64,000 nt of DNA from a virus, in IMG/VR virus record IMGVR_UViG_3300045988_169015, positions 64,001 through 128,000 of that record; one strand, written 5' to 3'. Position 1 is the first letter of the stretch, and each line of letters begins with the position of its first letter. The translations under genes and the position numbers were made by a program. Below, in pieces: positions 62,515 to 64,000 of this stretch. The notes under the pieces are model-generated. The model was not told the origin of the DNA. It was given only the letters and a program-made list of their open reading frames with translations, and ran no database searches.

Positions 62515-63516
62515 ATGGCTACAGTAAATGATATTGTAAAGCTTGCAGTTGATACATATAACGGCACCCCTGCCGGTCAGTATTCCCTTGATGAATCTCA
62601 CGAGGTTGTTTATAACGCTATCGTTGCTGCAAATAATGGTAAGAAATATCTTGATAGAAAAGATATCCGTGACGGCAAGTGCGGCGAGCTCTTTGCTATC
62701 ATCGAAGAGACTATTGTTAAGACAGTAATTGATGGTCTTCAGGGTAATGAGTTCTTCATGAATATGGTTGAATACAAGAACCTTGCTCTTGGCGATACTA
62801 ATGAGTTTTATATTCCTAATGACTCCCTTTTCTATGTTGACGAGGTAGCTCGTGGTACTCAGGGTCTCAGACGTCAGAGACTTGGCGGCGGTAATCGTAT
62901 TTCTGTCAATATGAAGACTTACGGCGTAAAGGTTTACGAGGAACTTGACAGAATGCTGTCTGGAAGAGCTGATCTCAACAATATAATTGATAGAGTCGGC
63001 AGATCTATTGTTAAGAAGCAGTACGATGATATTTTTACTGCATGGACAGGTCTTGTTAACAATTCCGGTTCTACTTACATTCCTGCATCTGGTTCTTATT
63101 CTGAAGCAGTTCTTCTTGAGCTTTGCGAGCACGTTGAAGTAAACAATGGACAGACACCCATAATTATGGGTACTCGTGCAGCTCTCAGAAAGGTTACTAC
63201 TGCTACTGTTTCTGAGACCGCTAAGGAAGATATGTATAACATGGGCTACTATGGCAACTTCAATGGTATTCCTATGGTAAGAATCAACCAGATCCATAAG
63301 ACAAATACTGATTCTTTCCTGCTTCCTGACAATCAGCTTTATATCATAGGTATTAACACTAAGCCTATTAAGTATGTAAATGAAGGCGAGGCACTTATTG
63401 TTCCTCCTACTTACGGTATGAATGCTGATTTCTCCGAGGACTATCTGTTCGTAAACAATGCAGGCATTCAGGTTATTATTCCTGATAAGAAGTTTGCTGT
63501 TTACACAATGTCTTAA
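62515..63516 (+). CDS. major capsid protein candidate
   Basis: 333 aa with the SD GAGGAG. The call rests on position in the head module. The antisense ORF 62512..63297 is rejected. Confidence 0.65.
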   Translation: MATVNDIVKLAVDTYNGTPAGQYSLDESHEVVYNAIVAANNGKKYLDRKDIRDGKCGELFAIIEETIVKTVIDGLQGNEFFMNMVEYKNLALGDTNEFYIPNDSLFYVDEVARGTQGLRRQRLGGGNRISVNMKTYGVKVYEELDRMLSGRADLNNIIDRVGRSIVKKQYDDIFTAWTGLVNNSGSTYIPASGSYSEAVLLELCEHVEVNNGQTPIIMGTRAALRKVTTATVSETAKEDMYNMGYYGNFNGIPMVRINQIHKTNTDSFLLPDNQLYIIGINTKPIKYVNEGEALIVPPTYGMNADFSEDYLFVNNAGIQVIIPDKKFAVYTMS

Positions 63517-63547
63517 TTACTATTGAGAATTTAAAGGAGAAGAATAT

Positions 63548-64000
63548 ATGGCGTATTCAAAAGCTAAAACTGCCGATATTGAGAAAACACAGGATTCGGG
63601 TACTGCTGAAACAGTGCCCGAAACTGTTTCTGCCACTTATGTTCCTCGCAGAAAGATTCCCCTTGACGCTCAGGTTATGGTTAAAAATCTAACCGGAGGC
63701 AAGCTTATTTATGTAAGTAAAAGACTTGTGGGTTATTCTGAGGAATGGCATGAGTTTGGTGAGGAAATTCCAATGGAAATGGCAGAACTATATTCTATGA
63801 AGAATACTGATAGACGTTTCTTTACTGAAAATTGGATTGAAGTTGACATGGCTGTTCTGCGTGATTTGCAGATGGATCGTTTCTATGAAAATGCTATTAC
63901 TGCGGACGAGATTGAAAACCTTTTCAATATGGATCAAGAAGAACTTATAACCAAGATTAAAACAATGAGTTCTGTTATTAAGAATTGCGTTGGCATTAAA
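63548..64000 (+). CDS. hypothetical head-module protein (partial, runs off the window)
   Basis: The ATG at 63548 follows AAAGGAGAAG. The frame stays open to the end of the window. Confidence 0.55.
   Translation, partial: MAYSKAKTADIEKTQDSGTAETVPETVSATYVPRRKIPLDAQVMVKNLTGGKLIYVSKRLVGYSEEWHEFGEEIPMEMAELYSMKNTDRRFFTENWIEVDMAVLRDLQMDRFYENAITADEIENLFNMDQEELITKIKTMSSVIKNCVGIK

Noticed and set aside
62512-63297. 261-aa minus-strand ORF
   Set aside because: It is antisense to the major capsid candidate within a uniformly plus-strand structural module, with no SD.
1-64000. Global stop-codon reassignment (TAG or TGA recoding)
   Set aside because: All long genes (terminase, portal, capsid, RT, polymerase candidate) are intact under the standard code. 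Only one in-frame TAG was seen, and no suppressor-type anticodon occurs among the tRNAs.

Overview
The window looks like most of a temperate, low-GC, Firmicutes-style tailed-phage or prophage genome. SD sites of the GGAGG type precede most genes, and I recognise no host genes.

Layout:
(i) 1-3.1 kb: a minus-strand tRNA island with 6 tRNAs and long ORF-free spacers.
(ii) 3.3-8.2 kb: a leftward accessory operon with a DGQHR/DndB-like protein, MazF/EndoA-like and HicA-like toxins, and membrane proteins.
(iii) 8.3-9.9 kb: an immunity switch with face-to-face consensus promoters, a palindromic operator, a CI/LexA-like repressor and an ImmA protease.
(iv) 9.9-28.9 kb: a leftward block of about 40 mostly small, acidic ORFs. 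It contains a free-standing group-II-intron-like reverse transcriptase (17463-18842).
(v) 28.9-33.4 kb: a visibly GC-richer, ORF-poor segment. It holds a hairpin-dense region, three consensus sigma70-type promoters, a C-rich/G-poor tract, a small tyrosine recombinase and a YodL-like gene.
(vi) 33.4-55.2 kb: a rightward block with two Rep-like paralogs plus iterons and an HNH endonuclease. It also carries a tRNA-repair gene set (Thg1-like, RlaP-like NTase, CCA-adding enzyme, phosphoesterase) and an ADP-ribosylglycohydrolase. Further genes are a PcfJ-like protein, a 900-aa DFDGD (YonO/RdRP-like) RNA polymerase candidate, a ClpP-like protease and HU proteins.
(vii) 55.2-64 kb: tRNA-Glu, a second HNH endonuclease, terminase, portal, scaffold and capsid genes.

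The most unusual signal is a tandem array of nine ~125-nt RNA-like units (14579-15672 and 16017-16143). The units share a three-way-junction architecture and an invariant CUAAA-N4-UUUAGAU mini-hairpin but almost no other primary sequence. The array lies next to the RT module, and I cannot assign it to any RNA family I know.

A strand-specific 9-mer, TAAYTGCAA (12 exact copies on the minus strand), marks gene and array boundaries in the same block.

All functional calls come from motif recognition by eye. No searches were run.
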